A stretch of 64,000 nucleotides of DNA from Monocercomonoides exilis PA203 (Eukaryota; Protista; Preaxostyla): positions 1,674,001 to 1,738,000 of the forward strand of contig LSRY02000006.1 of assembly GCA_001643675.2 (NCBI GenBank). The letters are read 5' to 3'. The translations under genes and the position numbers were made by a program. Of this stretch, positions 49,908 through 62,827 are shown piece by piece (the stretch's first letter is position 1; the number at the start of each line of letters is the position of its first letter). Below the pieces are notes generated by a model that was not told the origin of the DNA, made no database searches, and saw only the letters and a program-made list of their open reading frames with translations.

Positions 49908-52110
49908 TCAAGAAATAGCATAAGGATCTTCTTCTGCATCGTTCTCTTCCGCTTCTTCTCCTTCTTCTACATCATTTATGTTATTATCTTCTTCGTCACT
50001 CGCTTCGTACTCTTCTCCTTCTTCTTCTTCAGCTTCTTCTTCGGCTTCATCCGTTTCTTCTTTCATCAATGCTCCATCACTTGGGATTGGATATCGTGTT
50101 TCTTGAAATCCCATCAATGTAAATGGTATTCCATGTTTTTTTCCTTCTTCTGTTGAGTCAAAGCTAATAAGAATATTCAACGAATAATCTGTTAAATGCG
50201 TTTCTTCGTGATGTTCAAGTGAATCCAACAAAGAAGAAGAGTCTGTTGAAGAAGAAGAAGAAGAACTTTTCGATACGCACGACGGTGTCGTTGCTTCCAT
50301 TGAACATAATGTATCAGAGCACGGATAAACCTTTCCAGATATTATTATTTGAAAAAGAGGCTTGATTGTAAATCTTGATGGAAATGCAACGTTAGTCTCT
50401 TGCTGTTGATGAAAAGATGACATTGACTCAGAAGAGGCTGGGCTTGTAGCTGTGCTCGCTGTTTCGTTGGCTAAAGACTGGCAAGGCGAAAACGGGACTG
50501 GTATCGAAACATTCAATGCATCTACAGCATCTACACTTCTGGTTTCTATCCCCAACTCAGCCAGTATGCATGCCATTTGTTCAGCTCCAACAACAGTTTT
50601 GCTGCCAATGTTGATTTTGCTTGCCCTGAAATGTTCTTTGACAATGCGACTCGCCCTCCAGATGGTCGAATCCTCTGTAAACGAGTACAAAATTTGGGGT
50701 GAGCAAAATGGCAAGCATCTCTTTAAAAAGAATTTCTGTTTTTCTTCAACTGAGCCTAACTGTAAGAAATTGAGCAGCTCCTGCTCTTCTGTCTGTGTAT
50801 TGTTGAAGTATTGTTTGTAAAGTGTATGAGATGTTCTTGAGTGCGAGCCCATTGCAAAAAGAAGTGAGTTAAGATACGACAATACAATCCAACGATTTTC
50901 CTCTACTGCAAAGAAGAATTTTCTGGGAGTTGGAGGAACAAGATAGGCTTCAAAACTCTTTGTTGATATAAAATTCTAAAAAAAAAAAAATTGTTTTGCA
51001 TCAAGGTTTTCAAATATCAATCAAATTATATATGTGTATTGAAGAGATATTATATATGCAAACAGAAGAAACTATTACATACAGGGTCATAAATGAAGCG
51101 TGTAAGTTTTGGAAACAATGCATGAATAATTGAATGGAGTATACATCTATTTGGTAAAGTCTCCAAAAACGGATTTCCTGTTGCAAATAAAGCTTCCAGT
51201 TGCAGATTTTTAAGGCAAAATAAATCTTCAACTTTGTCTAATCATATAAAATAAAATATTAGAATAATTGGCAGCGATATAAAACATCTTAATAAACCTA
51301 TTGCATTCTTTTCGATTGAAAGGCGTTTGAGTTTTGGAAATGCTTCGTGGAAAGGAACATAAGAATTTAAGGCTGTAAACGATTTAATTCCATTTTCAGA
51401 AAAGTCAAGTGATTCTGCTTCTCTCCCAATTACTCCTCCCATGGCCATAATTGCAGACAAAATAAAATCTGCTCCCAAAATCGGTGTAAACTCCGAAACA
51501 AATGGAGAAGTTAAGCACGAACAAAATCTTAGATGCTGTGTTTTAGAGTCGTAGTTTTTAAGAACAAATGAAACAATGCCACGATATGCAGTTGATTCGC
51601 GAAGCTGGAAAGGAGATGAATCCACGGTCAAAACCAACTAATATTTTTTTGAAAATGATGTTATAAAATTGAATGAATTAAATTGCTAACTTTCATTCAA
51701 AATAAATTCTTTTCAAACTGAATTTCCATCAGGTAATATTACTCCTTTTTTCATCAAAATATCCGCTTCTTCTGAGCTTTTAAACTCGATAACACAAAAA
51801 TTTGAATCAAACACAATACATTTATAAGATATATTTCCGCATAGAACTTTTTGAATTGCTGAAAAAATGTATTCAACAGAATATTTTTTTTGAAATCCAG
51901 AAAACTGATTGTTGCAAATCATTTGAGATTAATAACGTTATTGAAAGTTCACACTATTATGCATTTGCTTGACGGAGATTGATATATTTGATCAAGCGAC
52001 AAAGGTTCTTGAGAAATAAATCCACTATTAAAATTTGTAAATTTTCATTTATGCATAAAAGTCAAATGGCTTAAAGTTAAGCGTGTATGATTTTAAAACC
52101 GTATTGACAT
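49908..52110 (-). CDS. NXF1: mRNA export factor NXF1/Mex67-like (RBD-LRR-NTF2-like), multi-exon
   Basis: RBD-like YSVEYIFSAIQ..IEFKSSEEA, LKNYDSKTQHLRF, LRRs SLDFSENGI / LKRLSIEKNAI / LEALFATGNP, HALFPKL, PPTPRKFFF..IVLSYL. Acidic tail. Confidence 0.7.
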
Positions 52111-52468
52111 CTTTGCACAATTTCTTTTCAAAGCAACAGAAACAACGCAAATTAAATAACTATATCTAATAATGGGCTACCGAACGAAAACATCTTTGAC
52201 TGAAATGAATTTTATTCAAAACGAAAAAGCAATGTTAGTGATAAACTCGAAATTGAAGGTAAATGGAAACATAGCAACCGGTTTGAAAAATGTTTGAAGA
52301 AATTTTAATTTAAAAAAAACCTTATTTTCCAAAAAAAAAATACACTTAAAAGGGAAATTTTTCGTAAAAAAAAAAAAATTAAACTGAAAATTTTCATTAG
52401 TTAAAAAGCAGTTATTGTCAAAAATTAACGATCATATCCATCAAAGAAATTAGAGAGATATTTTCTAT

Positions 52469-54195
52469 CAGTTTCAATTGGGAAAAAAAGCATCAGTCAC
52501 TCACAATTCATGTTAATTGTTAAATGCTGGCAACAATGATTCTTAAATTATTATGGTTGCTTCGGTTAAACATATTTGTCTATCTTTTTGTTGGAAATGC
52601 CTTTCGATATTTCAACTTTTAGTACATCTTCGTTTGTAACAGTTTTAACAGGATTAATTCCAAAATTGGACCTGCACTTCATTTCATCATTCTTGTCGCG
52701 AAACACTTCAAAAACGAAAGTTTCATTAATTCGTTCCTTCTTCAACGCTTGCAAAATGAGAAAAGTTAAAATTCCTTCGAACGTGCGAATTGCAAAGGCA
52801 CTCAACTGCACACAGAGCCTTGTCTGCCAGGTCAGAACCGGATATATAAGGAAAAAGGTTATTGAGAAAAAAAACATGTTGATGACTCGAAAGCAAGAAA
52901 AACGAGTCATGGAAATACTAAAAAATCTTAGAGATAAAAGAAAGCAAATCACACCGAAAACGCTTAGAGCCGTTGTTGCAAAAGTTTGTCATAAAACTCC
53001 TTCTCACAATTTTCATTCTTCATTCATAAAAAGGCATAGCGAGGAATTGATGATCGTTCCTTCAAGCGTGAGAGAAGAAAAAAGAATGAAAATATCGGAA
53101 CAAAGCATTATCATCTGGAAAAATCATTTGGTTCAATATGTGTGTGGAAAATATACATCCATGATCTTCTGTGCTGATGAATCAGGCTATCATGCCTATG
53201 AAGATACAAGAAAGATGAACCTTATAGTCGGAACAAATGAAAATCGTGTAATTGATCACACGCCTGTTGACAGAGGAGAAAAAAGGTTATCATTGCTTCA
53301 TTGTATTTCACTTGATGGAACTTTTGTTCCTCCTTGTTTTCTGGTGCAAAAACCATTCAACGTTGGATCCATTCAGTCTCTTGCCAATCATTCCGGAATT
53401 CATGGTTGTGTGAAAATCGGAAATTCGTCAAATTTCACAAAAGAGTTGTTTGAAAACTGGATTGAGAAAGTTTTCATTCCTCATGTCAACATTAAAAGAA
53501 TGATTTTGCCAGATATACATGCACAAGCGGTGTTGATGCTTGATGGGTGCCGAATACACCTGTCGGACAACGTATTGACTCGACTTGCTAATGAAAATAT
53601 ATTGCTTTTGGTTTTACCTCCAAATACCACACATTTGTTGCAGTCATTGGATTTGTCAATTTTCTCTCTCTGGAAGCTTCAAATTCAACAGGTTAGGTCG
53701 GGTTCAACGCACGACAGCGTGGAACAACTTTTGTGGGTTGCAGTGAATGCTATTCTGCAAGTTTCTTCGTCGATTAACATTTTTTCTGCTTTTAAAGAAA
53801 GTGGACTTGTGAATGATTTTCACAGAGCTCCTTCAACAGCGCGGATCTTCGAAGAAAGCTTCCAAAAAGTGATTGAAATTGTCAAATTGGACAACAAGTC
53901 ATTGCCACTGTCATGCACAAGACAAACAAGACAAACAAAAGGAGGAGAGTGGGGAATTTTGAACATTGACAAGATGCCAGTTTATTTTGGACTTCCGCAA
54001 TAAACAACACTTGGTGAACAATTGATATGTTTTAGAGTTTTTTTCATTCAAATTTCATGGAGCATTTCAAAAAAAACATGATAAAATAAACGAAATATTC
54101 ATCAAATCTTTGTTTTTTTTAATTTCAATAATACAAAAAGAATTAACAATTAACAAGAACAGTGAATATCTGATTATGTTTTGAAAATGGGACTA
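52469..54195 (+). mobile_element. Probable ~1.7-kb pogo-like DNA transposon with decayed TIRs
   Basis: TCACAATTCATGTTAATTGTTAA (52501-52523) pairs with TTAACAATTAACAAGAACAGTGA (54143-54165), with weaker pairing outward to ~52469/54195. Ends and TSD are not clean. Confidence 0.55.
52597..54003 (+). CDS. pogo/Fot1-type DDE_1 transposase (DD35D)
   Basis: FCADESG, LLHCISLDG, FENWIEKVF, VLMLDGCRIH-35aa-LPPNTTHLLQSLD. Basic HTH-like N-terminal region. Intronless and intact. Confidence 0.93.
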   Translation: MPFDISTFSTSSFVTVLTGLIPKLDLHFISSFLSRNTSKTKVSLIRSFFNACKMRKVKIPSNVRIAKALNCTQSLVCQVRTGYIRKKVIEKKNMLMTRKQEKRVMEILKNLRDKRKQITPKTLRAVVAKVCHKTPSHNFHSSFIKRHSEELMIVPSSVREEKRMKISEQSIIIWKNHLVQYVCGKYTSMIFCADESGYHAYEDTRKMNLIVGTNENRVIDHTPVDRGEKRLSLLHCISLDGTFVPPCFLVQKPFNVGSIQSLANHSGIHGCVKIGNSSNFTKELFENWIEKVFIPHVNIKRMILPDIHAQAVLMLDGCRIHLSDNVLTRLANENILLLVLPPNTTHLLQSLDLSIFSLWKLQIQQVRSGSTHDSVEQLLWVAVNAILQVSSSINIFSAFKESGLVNDFHRAPSTARIFEESFQKVIEIVKLDNKSLPLSCTRQTRQTKGGEWGILNIDKMPVYFGLPQ

Positions 54196-54878
54196 AATTA
54201 TTTGCTTTATGAATTTTGTTCCACACAATCTTTTCAAAGATTTTCATCAACTTTTTAATATTTAATTATTTTATTCTGCATGAGAATGTTAGAATTGCAA
54301 GTATTCGAGGCAGAAATTGCATGGAACAAATCATCGATTTTTTCTTAAATGCAAGAATTCTGACCCAAATGTGTAAATAAGGGTTATGTTTTCGAAAGAT
54401 TTTTCATAATCAATTGATAAGGGGTTTCTATTAAAAAATATAAAAAATACAATATAAAAATTCCTTTTGGATTTTTTAGATAGGTTTTGAAAGCTTTGAA
54501 TCACTGTAATTTCATATTTTTCTTTCAAAGTCTCACATTTGCGTTTACTGATAATAGTTTCAATAAATAAAGGCATCAAAATCAAAATTTTTAAACAGAT
54601 CCTTTTCTGTCCACTTTCCTTAAAGCAATCATTTCATTTCAACTGTTCAAATTGCGTTGATGATTGATGTGAAGATCTCTTTATAATCAACAATTCTTGT
54701 TTGTCATTGTTTCTCTCACAGATGTAAATTTTTTATTTGACTATAGTTTTCGGTGTTCTCAGGAACAGAAAAAAACAATATCATTTCTTACATTTCAAGT
54801 CAACGACTTTACTATTTTGTTCACAAGATTTTAAAATTTCTTTTTGCTGTAAAGGGCAGATCAATAGTATATTTCTTG

Positions 54879-57800
54879 ATGAATGACTTATTATTTTCTT
54901 TGTGTGTATTATTGTTTATTCAAGCACCTTCGCAATTGATCGGTAACTGTGCGGAAGAATTTCAGTCAACAGCATTTCACTTTGGAAATAAATCCACAAA
55001 CCGAACATATCAAATCGAAAAGAATGGTCGTTTGGAAGCGAAAGCATGTCATGCACATTACAGTGAAACAAGACATTTTTCCGGTCTGGTGAGCTGCAAC
55101 TTGGCCTCATTTCATTTACTGAATTCTTCTTTTGAATCCTGCAACATTCTCTTTCAGCAGATCCAAAAATGCAACGTGTTATCAAGTGACGAGAATTCAC
55201 TGATATCACTGCACGCTTGCACGATTGCTCCATGTGAATGTTCTTCAAAAAACTTTATGCAAACGAAAGGAGGAGTTGTTAAGCTTGAGAATTTGTCGCT
55301 TGCAACAGCCAGCTTGCTGAGTCATTCCTTTGCCATTTTTGAGCCACTGACAAGCTGCGCACCATTAACCAAAGGAATTTTGGACATTTCAGTGTCTTCA
55401 TTCGATTCTTTGATTACCACATCTTTCGAACCTCTTCTGTCGCCAATTTCATTTGTTGAAGTGAACATTGTGGACTGTCATTTTTCAAACATATCCTGCT
55501 CAATAAAGCATGCGGATGATCTCAAAAACTCTTATCGAAAATGTGACACAAGCATCAGAAGCTCCACATTTGTATCGACAGACGAACCATTTTATGGGTC
55601 ACTCTTCACTGATATAAACTCTGTGCAGTCATTGTGCTTCTTTTGCTCAAACTGCTCTTTTTTGTCATCAACACCAAAAAACATCACAAACATCCGCCAG
55701 ATAATCACCGGAAGTGGGGATTCCAATTTCATTGACACTATTTTCCGTGACGTTTCATACGATTCAGATTATGGTGGTGCATTGAGATTTGCTTCGAGTG
55801 GTGAATTGACAGTGACAAACTGTGAATTCGAACGATGCTCAACCACTAAAAATTACGGACATTCAGCAATTTCTCTTTTTCCTTCCGGAAGTGGAACAAT
55901 TAATTCTTCTGTTTTTTCGAATTGCTGTTCTGAAGATTGTGGAACTGTGGGAATAGTGACAAGCAAAGTATCAGAAAAGTGTGTAATTAACTGTGCTTTT
56001 TATAATAATTCTGTTCCCAATTTAGGAAGCGGTTTCTATTCACGTGACTCAAATCATGTTGTTGTGCAACAATGCTTTTTCAAGAATAACACATCAACGA
56101 ATAATGAATCACAGTGTTGTTTTGGAGGAGGAATTGGAATTAGATGTGAGTTAGATATTCTGATATCAGATTGTTATATATTGGAATGTACGTCACACAG
56201 TAACGGTGGCGGTATTTGCGTGGGAGCCAAAAACTCCATTTTAACATATGAGAATTTTTTCTCTTTCAAATATCTATATTTTGAATCGAACACAGCAGCA
56301 TTCAATAAAGGGCATGATGTTTTTGTGTCTGGTGATTGGGCTTCCATCATCACACAGAAGGATTTTGTGTGCTGCCTGACACACACAACATCGAGGCCTC
56401 AGTTGACATGGAATGATGAAGACAAAAGTGAGTGGCTCAGTTCAGCATTCAATCCAGTGCATGTGTCTGCAGATGCCGGAAATGATACTGTAATGTGTGG
56501 CCCCGCAGAACGAAAATGCCGTTCGCTGAAGCAGAGCATTATTGTGGCAAGTGATTTGGCTGGTGCAGAAACACAAGTGACAGTGGATGCAGGCATCTAC
56601 AATGAGACTGCCATTTCTGTTGAGAAGATGATAGAAATTGAAGGAGCATCGAAGGACAACACGACTGTGACAGTGTCAGCATCTCCAGATTTTGGATCTG
56701 CAATAACAGTGGAGAACGACGGAGCATTGACCATCAGAAAGTTCAAGTTGATTCACAATTCCTCATTATCAGACGCTTCCTCCTCATTTGTTCTGGTTGC
56801 ATCAGGATCGGTGTTGGTGTGTGATTGCAGCATTTCGGCTGAAGAGAATCAACTGAACACATTTACGGAATCAGTTATCAATGTTGCTGGAGGCAAAGCA
56901 GTTATCAGAGATGTGATGCTTTTCTCTTTTCGAATAGCAGCTGCAGTTTTTTCGTTTGGAAATCCAGATAGTTTAACGCTTGCCAATGTTATGTTTAACA
57001 ATATCATTCGCGTTGAAGGGAATGGATGCATATTTGAGGTGTCTCTCAAGAATGAAGAGAAGCTGCATTTGGGGAATATGAGCGTTGATGAGTGTTCGTG
57101 CAGGGGTGGAAATGGCGGAGGGTTAAGTGTTGTGATGGAAGACAATTCAGAATTCAGTGCTGGAAATGGGGCAGGAGACAAAGACACAGTTGGAATGGAT
57201 TCATGTGAGGCTATGAGCGACGATGAAGGGGAAAACGGTCTTGGGGGAGGTATTTTTCTTTATTTGAGCAACGATTTTCAGAATTTTTGCCTGAAAGATG
57301 TATTCTTTAGAGGATGCAAAGCCAAAGCTGGAGATTGTGTTTTTGTGAATGGGAATGATTTGTCAGTTGTGATATCCACAGCATCATTTGGATTTGAATA
57401 TGACTTGAACAGCCTGGTTGAGCTTCGTGGTTATGAAAGATCAACATTCAACGACAGCTTGGCAATCCCTCTTGTGTTGTATTTGCGGGATCCGCCGTCT
57501 GTTGTGTATATTGGCGGAGCGAGCCATCATGATCATGCAAAATGTGGATATGAAGACTTCCCCTGCAAAACAATTGATGGAGGTGTTCAGAGAAATATTG
57601 ATAATCCGGAGCAGACATTGAGGTTTATGAGCACATTTGAGTTTGAACACGAAATGGAGTTCAAAGAACACATTTTCAACATTGATGTGAATGGAAGCGG
57701 AGAAGACATTGCAGTTGGATGCCGAGATGAGAAAGTTCATGATTGGCTGGCAAGGAGTAACACAACAGTCAGCATGACAAAGATGACATTTGCATTGAAC

Positions 57801-60800
57801 GCGTCTCTAAGCGGAAGAACCACATTCTTTGAATGTGACGGAAGCGCTCTAACTCTTGTTGGGTGCTCAATGAAAATGAATGAACTCACAACTTTTGTTG
57901 AGTACTCGCTTCTTCGAATATGCGGAGGAACTTTGAACATCACGAATTTTGAGGTGGAGAATTCTCAATCAGTAATGTTCAAGGGGGCGGGAATGATTGA
58001 ATTTGAGGGAGATGGAGCAATGACTGTTGATGGGTTGAAAATTGCCGGAGGAGGGACAAGCAGCGCAAATGGGATGATATCTATGGGGGCTAGTGGAACA
58101 GGATTGATAAACAACAGCATGTTTTGCAACATGAACTTTGATTGTTGCGGCGTGATTCATTTGGAATCGAAATTAACATTGTTGAACAGCTCGTTTAAGA
58201 ATTTGAAGAGGATGGAAGGAGGTGGAGGAGCAGTGCAGGCAACAATTGGAGCTGGAAAGTTTATCAATGCAGAGAGATGTTTTTTTGAGCAGACAAGCTG
58301 TGCTGAGGAAGAAAGCAAAGGCGGAAGCTGTGCCATAACGATTGGCGAAAGGAGTTCATTCTTCTTTTCAAGTTGCACATTTAATGAATCCAGCGTGAAT
58401 GAAGAAAGCGGGAAAGGAGGAGGCCTTTATGCTTGCTTCGAAGAACCAACAACAACGTACTCTTTTAGTTCTGTAGTATTTACAAAAAACAAAGCTGGCC
58501 ATGGAAAGAATATGTATATTTATTCGAGCGATCTTAACCACACAATTTCGACTGTTTCTTTTGCATTTGAATATGAATCGGGAAAAAATGACAGTGACCT
58601 CTTCGATGGTGCAGATCCAAAACTGGGAGAAATCAATCTTCTGAGATTTTTAATAAACTTTTCATCTGATATTGTGTGTGTCTCTGGCAATGGAATCGAT
58701 ATTGTATCGTGCGGAAGCAAAGAATATCCATGCCAGTCTCTGTGGATGGCAACAAAACATATTAATCATTCGATGACACAATGTGGAATCTTAATAAATG
58801 ATGAATGTGTGCTTGAAGATATGTTTGATCTTTCCGGGTGTAGCATAAATTCATCGGCATGGGAGGCAGACGAAAAGGTAAAAGCGACAATCCGAATTGA
58901 AGGCAAAGAGGGAGGAGAGGCAACTCCCCATATAAAGAATTATGGGGAGATGTTTTTTGGCCTTGTTGTTTTGTCATTGAGAAAAATAAATGGAGGAGGT
59001 TCGAGTGCAATAGTTGTTAATGAAGCTGGAATACTGATGCTTTCAGATTGCTTGTTTGAAGCAGATGTGCAAGAGCATGAGGAATGTGATTGTTGCTTTG
59101 TGCTGTTGGTGAAAGGGAAGCTTGATGTGAACATAGTGACTGTGGGGCACATGACACTTGGCCGAGAAGTGTTTCGCTTGAGGAGCGGAAGTACTTGCAC
59201 CATGAAAGGGCTCACTGCCACCGAAGTGCAAATGAGAAACGGATGCTTGATAATGATAGAAAGCACCGAAGGTAGAGGAGCAAATAATGCAACAGTCGTA
59301 AACGTAGAGGATGGATCATTTTTGTGCGTGTCTGGTGATGGAAACAGATGCAGTGTTGTTGAAAGTGCACATGGAGACAATGTGCAACTGACAATAAATG
59401 GAACAGTTTTTGAGCAGTGCAACACAACGTTGTCAGAGAAAGGAGGAGGGATGCTGTTTGTGCTTGATGAAGAGGGATCGTTTGCACTTCATGATTCAAA
59501 GGTCATTCAAACAAGCTGTTCTGTTGCGAATGGAAGAGGTGGTGGCGCATATATAAAGAGTACGCTGAGTGGAGAACTGAACTTCTTTTTTGATAATGTG
59601 CTGTTCAAACGCAACGTGGCACAGGTGGGGAATGATGTGTTTGTTGAGTGCATAAACATTGAAAATCAGATCAATGAGACACAATTCAGGCTTGTCCTAT
59701 CGCAGAAGGGATATGTCAAGGAAAATGCAATATATGGCATTGATAGTGGCGAGCATTCTGAGACACCATTTGATTTGATCAATCTGATAACTGTGTATAT
59801 GGCAGACATGATTGTTGTTTCCTCATTACCATCGAACGGAGGGAAGAATGACAGGCAGTGTGGGCCGCCATCATATCCATGCAAGTCAATTGACTATGCA
59901 ATAAGCCATTTGTCCCACGAATTTGTGAGTATGATGTATGTTGACAATTGTTCGCTGGTGCAGGGAGAGACCGAGCTGAGTGATATGACGCTCTTGTCGA
60001 AAGGTTCACTTCCGTCCAAAGTGAATGTTTTTTCTGAGATTCCAGCAACACGAAATGAGCTCGTGGTCACATCAGAATGTGTAACAATATCTCTCCTCAA
60101 ATTCTCGTTTCCGTCACCATTTTCCTCAAAACACTCTTCGTTCATTCTCATTAAAAGCGGATCGCTTTCAATTCAGTCTTGCTCATTTTGTGCATCAGAC
60201 TTGCCCTCCGTCTCCACTATGCCTGAGCTGTCGATGACGCTTATTGTTCAAAATGGAAAGCATCTTGCAATCTCCCGCACCAACGTTTCCGGTCTCTCAT
60301 TTGCTTCTGGAAAAGCAATCATAGGTGCTTTTTCGCGAACTGCAAATATCTCATTCGAGCAATTATCAATTGAGAATGTGGCTCTTCAGGATGGAAGCTG
60401 CATCAGCATCGTTGATCCACATGAGAATTCGATAAATTCTCAGGATGTATGCATTGTCGATATATCTCAGTGTTTATTTTCAAATGTTTCGAGATATGGC
60501 TCAAACGTTTGTGCGATCTCCGCTTCCTCAAAAGAACTGATCAATTTATCGAACTGCTCATTCAAAGCTCGCTCATTGTCTTCGACTCTTGGAAGTGCTG
60601 TTTTGTTTGCTTTTTGTTTGAATGTGGAAATAAAAACGTGCTCGTTTGTTGGAGAACATAGTGACCCAGATAGCCGAGAGGTATTGAACCAACAAAACGA
60701 AAAGAATGAAGGACTATGTTTGTGGAACGGATCTTTGGTCTGGACGAGAAATAGTTTTGTTGCAATGAAAGACACTGTGATTTCAAATTCATGTGAAGGA

Positions 60801-62766
60801 GGGCTGTCTGTATCTGGGGGACGTATGACAGTTGAGATGGGAATGTTCAAAGATAACAACCCATCAATCAGAGGATATCCATCTGCTCGCCGCAATATCC
60901 TTTGTGGTGATTCGGGTGAGCTAATGGTTTCGAGTCTGAAAGGAGGAGATGGGCTGAGGGACAATACATCATTGTGGGTATTAAGCGACGGGTGCACTCT
61001 GGATGGGATAGCAGCTGAGAGGTTATCGCCGTTTTTCATCCCAATCCTTGATTCTGTAGAAATGGAGCTGGATGAAAACAAAGCACAATTAACATTTGTT
61101 GGAGCTCTTTTCCTTCCCTGCAATCTGCAACTTCAGCTTATATATGCAAGATTCGATGAAGAAATGATTGAGAAGTATCCATTCGAAGGTGAAGGCTTTG
61201 TGAATGAGTCAGTGCTTTGTTCAGACATTTCTGCAGCAAAAGTGAGAGACATGTCAGATGACACAGAACTAATTGTTGCAATTATGTTTGGCGAGGCACC
61301 AAACTTTCATTCTACATCGGAGATTGTGCTAAAGAATGCCAGCAAAAAAGAGATGACAGCAGCCCCACAGATAATATGAGTCAAAGCTCCAATGAAAAGA
61401 AATCGTCATGGACAATGATTGTAATTGTGGTTTTTGCAATTTTGTTTTTGTTGTTCTAATTGTATCCATTGTTGTCACTATTAGATGGAGGAAGCAAAAG
61501 AGAAGGACAGAAGAGCTGGAGGTGATTGTGAATGATAATATCAGAAAAGATCCGAAGGCATTTGAGATGGTGACGATGGAGATGTCGCCTGAGGCGCAGT
61601 GGAGGAGAGCAGAGGAGGAGGCAGAAAAGATGAATGAAGAGAGGATCAAGAAGAGGGTGTATGAGAAAAGCTTGGGACACTCGGAGTCATCGGAGCATCT
61701 TCTGTCTGAGAGTGGCTCCACTGAATACATTCTTGGCCAAGACTCAGACAAGATTCCCAAATGGATGCTGGAGAAGGTTGATGAGAAGGAGGAAGAGGAA
61801 GAGGTGAGAAAGAGATCTCCTTCACCTTCTATCTCATCCACTTCAACAACAGACACTTCAGATACAGAATCCACATTTGTTCGAGGGGAGGATATGTGCC
61901 CAACCACTTCATCTATGTCTAATCTGGTGGATGCAATCGCATGCTCATCACCTCATGAGAAATTGATTGTGGATCTGAGGGATTCGCTGTTCATGCTGCT
62001 TCATGGGAGGAATGAGAAGAAAGAGATGGCGATTGGAAGTCTTCAACAAAGAGAGCAGACAGCTGCCCAGATCCTGTTCTGGGTGGCCAATCTTGCACTT
62101 CACTCCTTTGATGAGATGGAAAATGGATTATCTTCACTGGCCAATCTGAGTCCTCACATTGTTCTGTTCTCGGAGCATATGGTGATCACCATAGCCATGC
62201 ACTCTGACTGCTCAACAGACTCAGGCTCATCATCCATTTCATCTTCTTCCACCATCATCACCTCTTCCTCGGACATTTCTGTGAAGAGTGAGAGGTTCAC
62301 CAAATCACCACCTCCATCTTCCGCTTTTGAAGATGAAGACGATTTCAAGAAAGAGTGTCTGAGGTGGATGGCTCCGGAGCTGTTGAACGGAGCAAAGAAG
62401 CATGCAACGAAGAAGACAGTGGCTTTCTCGATCGGGATGATGCTGTGGGAGTGCTTGACATTGATAATCCCCTTTGGAGAGTATGAAGCTGTGATAGCTG
62501 GAGAGAAGATTGAAAAAGGAGAAAGGCCAGACATGATAAAGATTGAAGAAAGTTCGATGAAAGAGCTGGCAAAGTCATGTGTGCAGCACTGTTCAAAAGG
62601 AAGATTGAGCTTGATGGATTTAAAGAGAGAGTTCATTACTCACTTTCCAAAGGGGATGACGATATTGACCGTTTCTGATGCGATTAATTTTGAGGAAGGA
62701 ATGGAGAATGGCAGCGAGGCGAGCGGAAGCAGAAGAACTCAAATAGAAAGCAAACGAAGTTGTTAG
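54879..62766 (+). CDS. Large receptor-like protein: signal peptide, Cys-rich beta-helix repeats, TM helix, degenerate TKL-type kinase domain; frameshifted near the TM
   Basis: Four CG-x4-(P)C modules, many GG(G/A)I/L..F..N/C beta-helix repeats, and CLRWMAPELL / FSIGMMLWECLT / GERP kinase C-lobe motifs. Two -1 shifts at ~61349 and ~61449 connect the two ORFs. Confidence 0.8.
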
Positions 62767-62804
62767 CAGAGTGTTTTCAATTCAAAGTCAACTTTGTCGT
62801 TAAA

Positions 62805-62827
62805 AAAGAAAGAAAGAAAGAAAGAAA
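62805..62827. repeat. (AAAG)n microsatellite in 3' UTR
   Basis: aaagaaagaaagaaagaaagaaa. Confidence 0.75.

Noticed and set aside
52469-54195. Direct link between this transposase and the MITE/foldback TIRs
   Set aside because: Its flanking repeats share no convincing sequence with any of the three TIR types. Only the TA-target superfamily is compatible.
61341-61352. Programmed -1 ribosomal frameshift at AAAAAAG
   Set aside because: The heptamer is not in X_XXY_YYZ phase, and a second shift would also be required.
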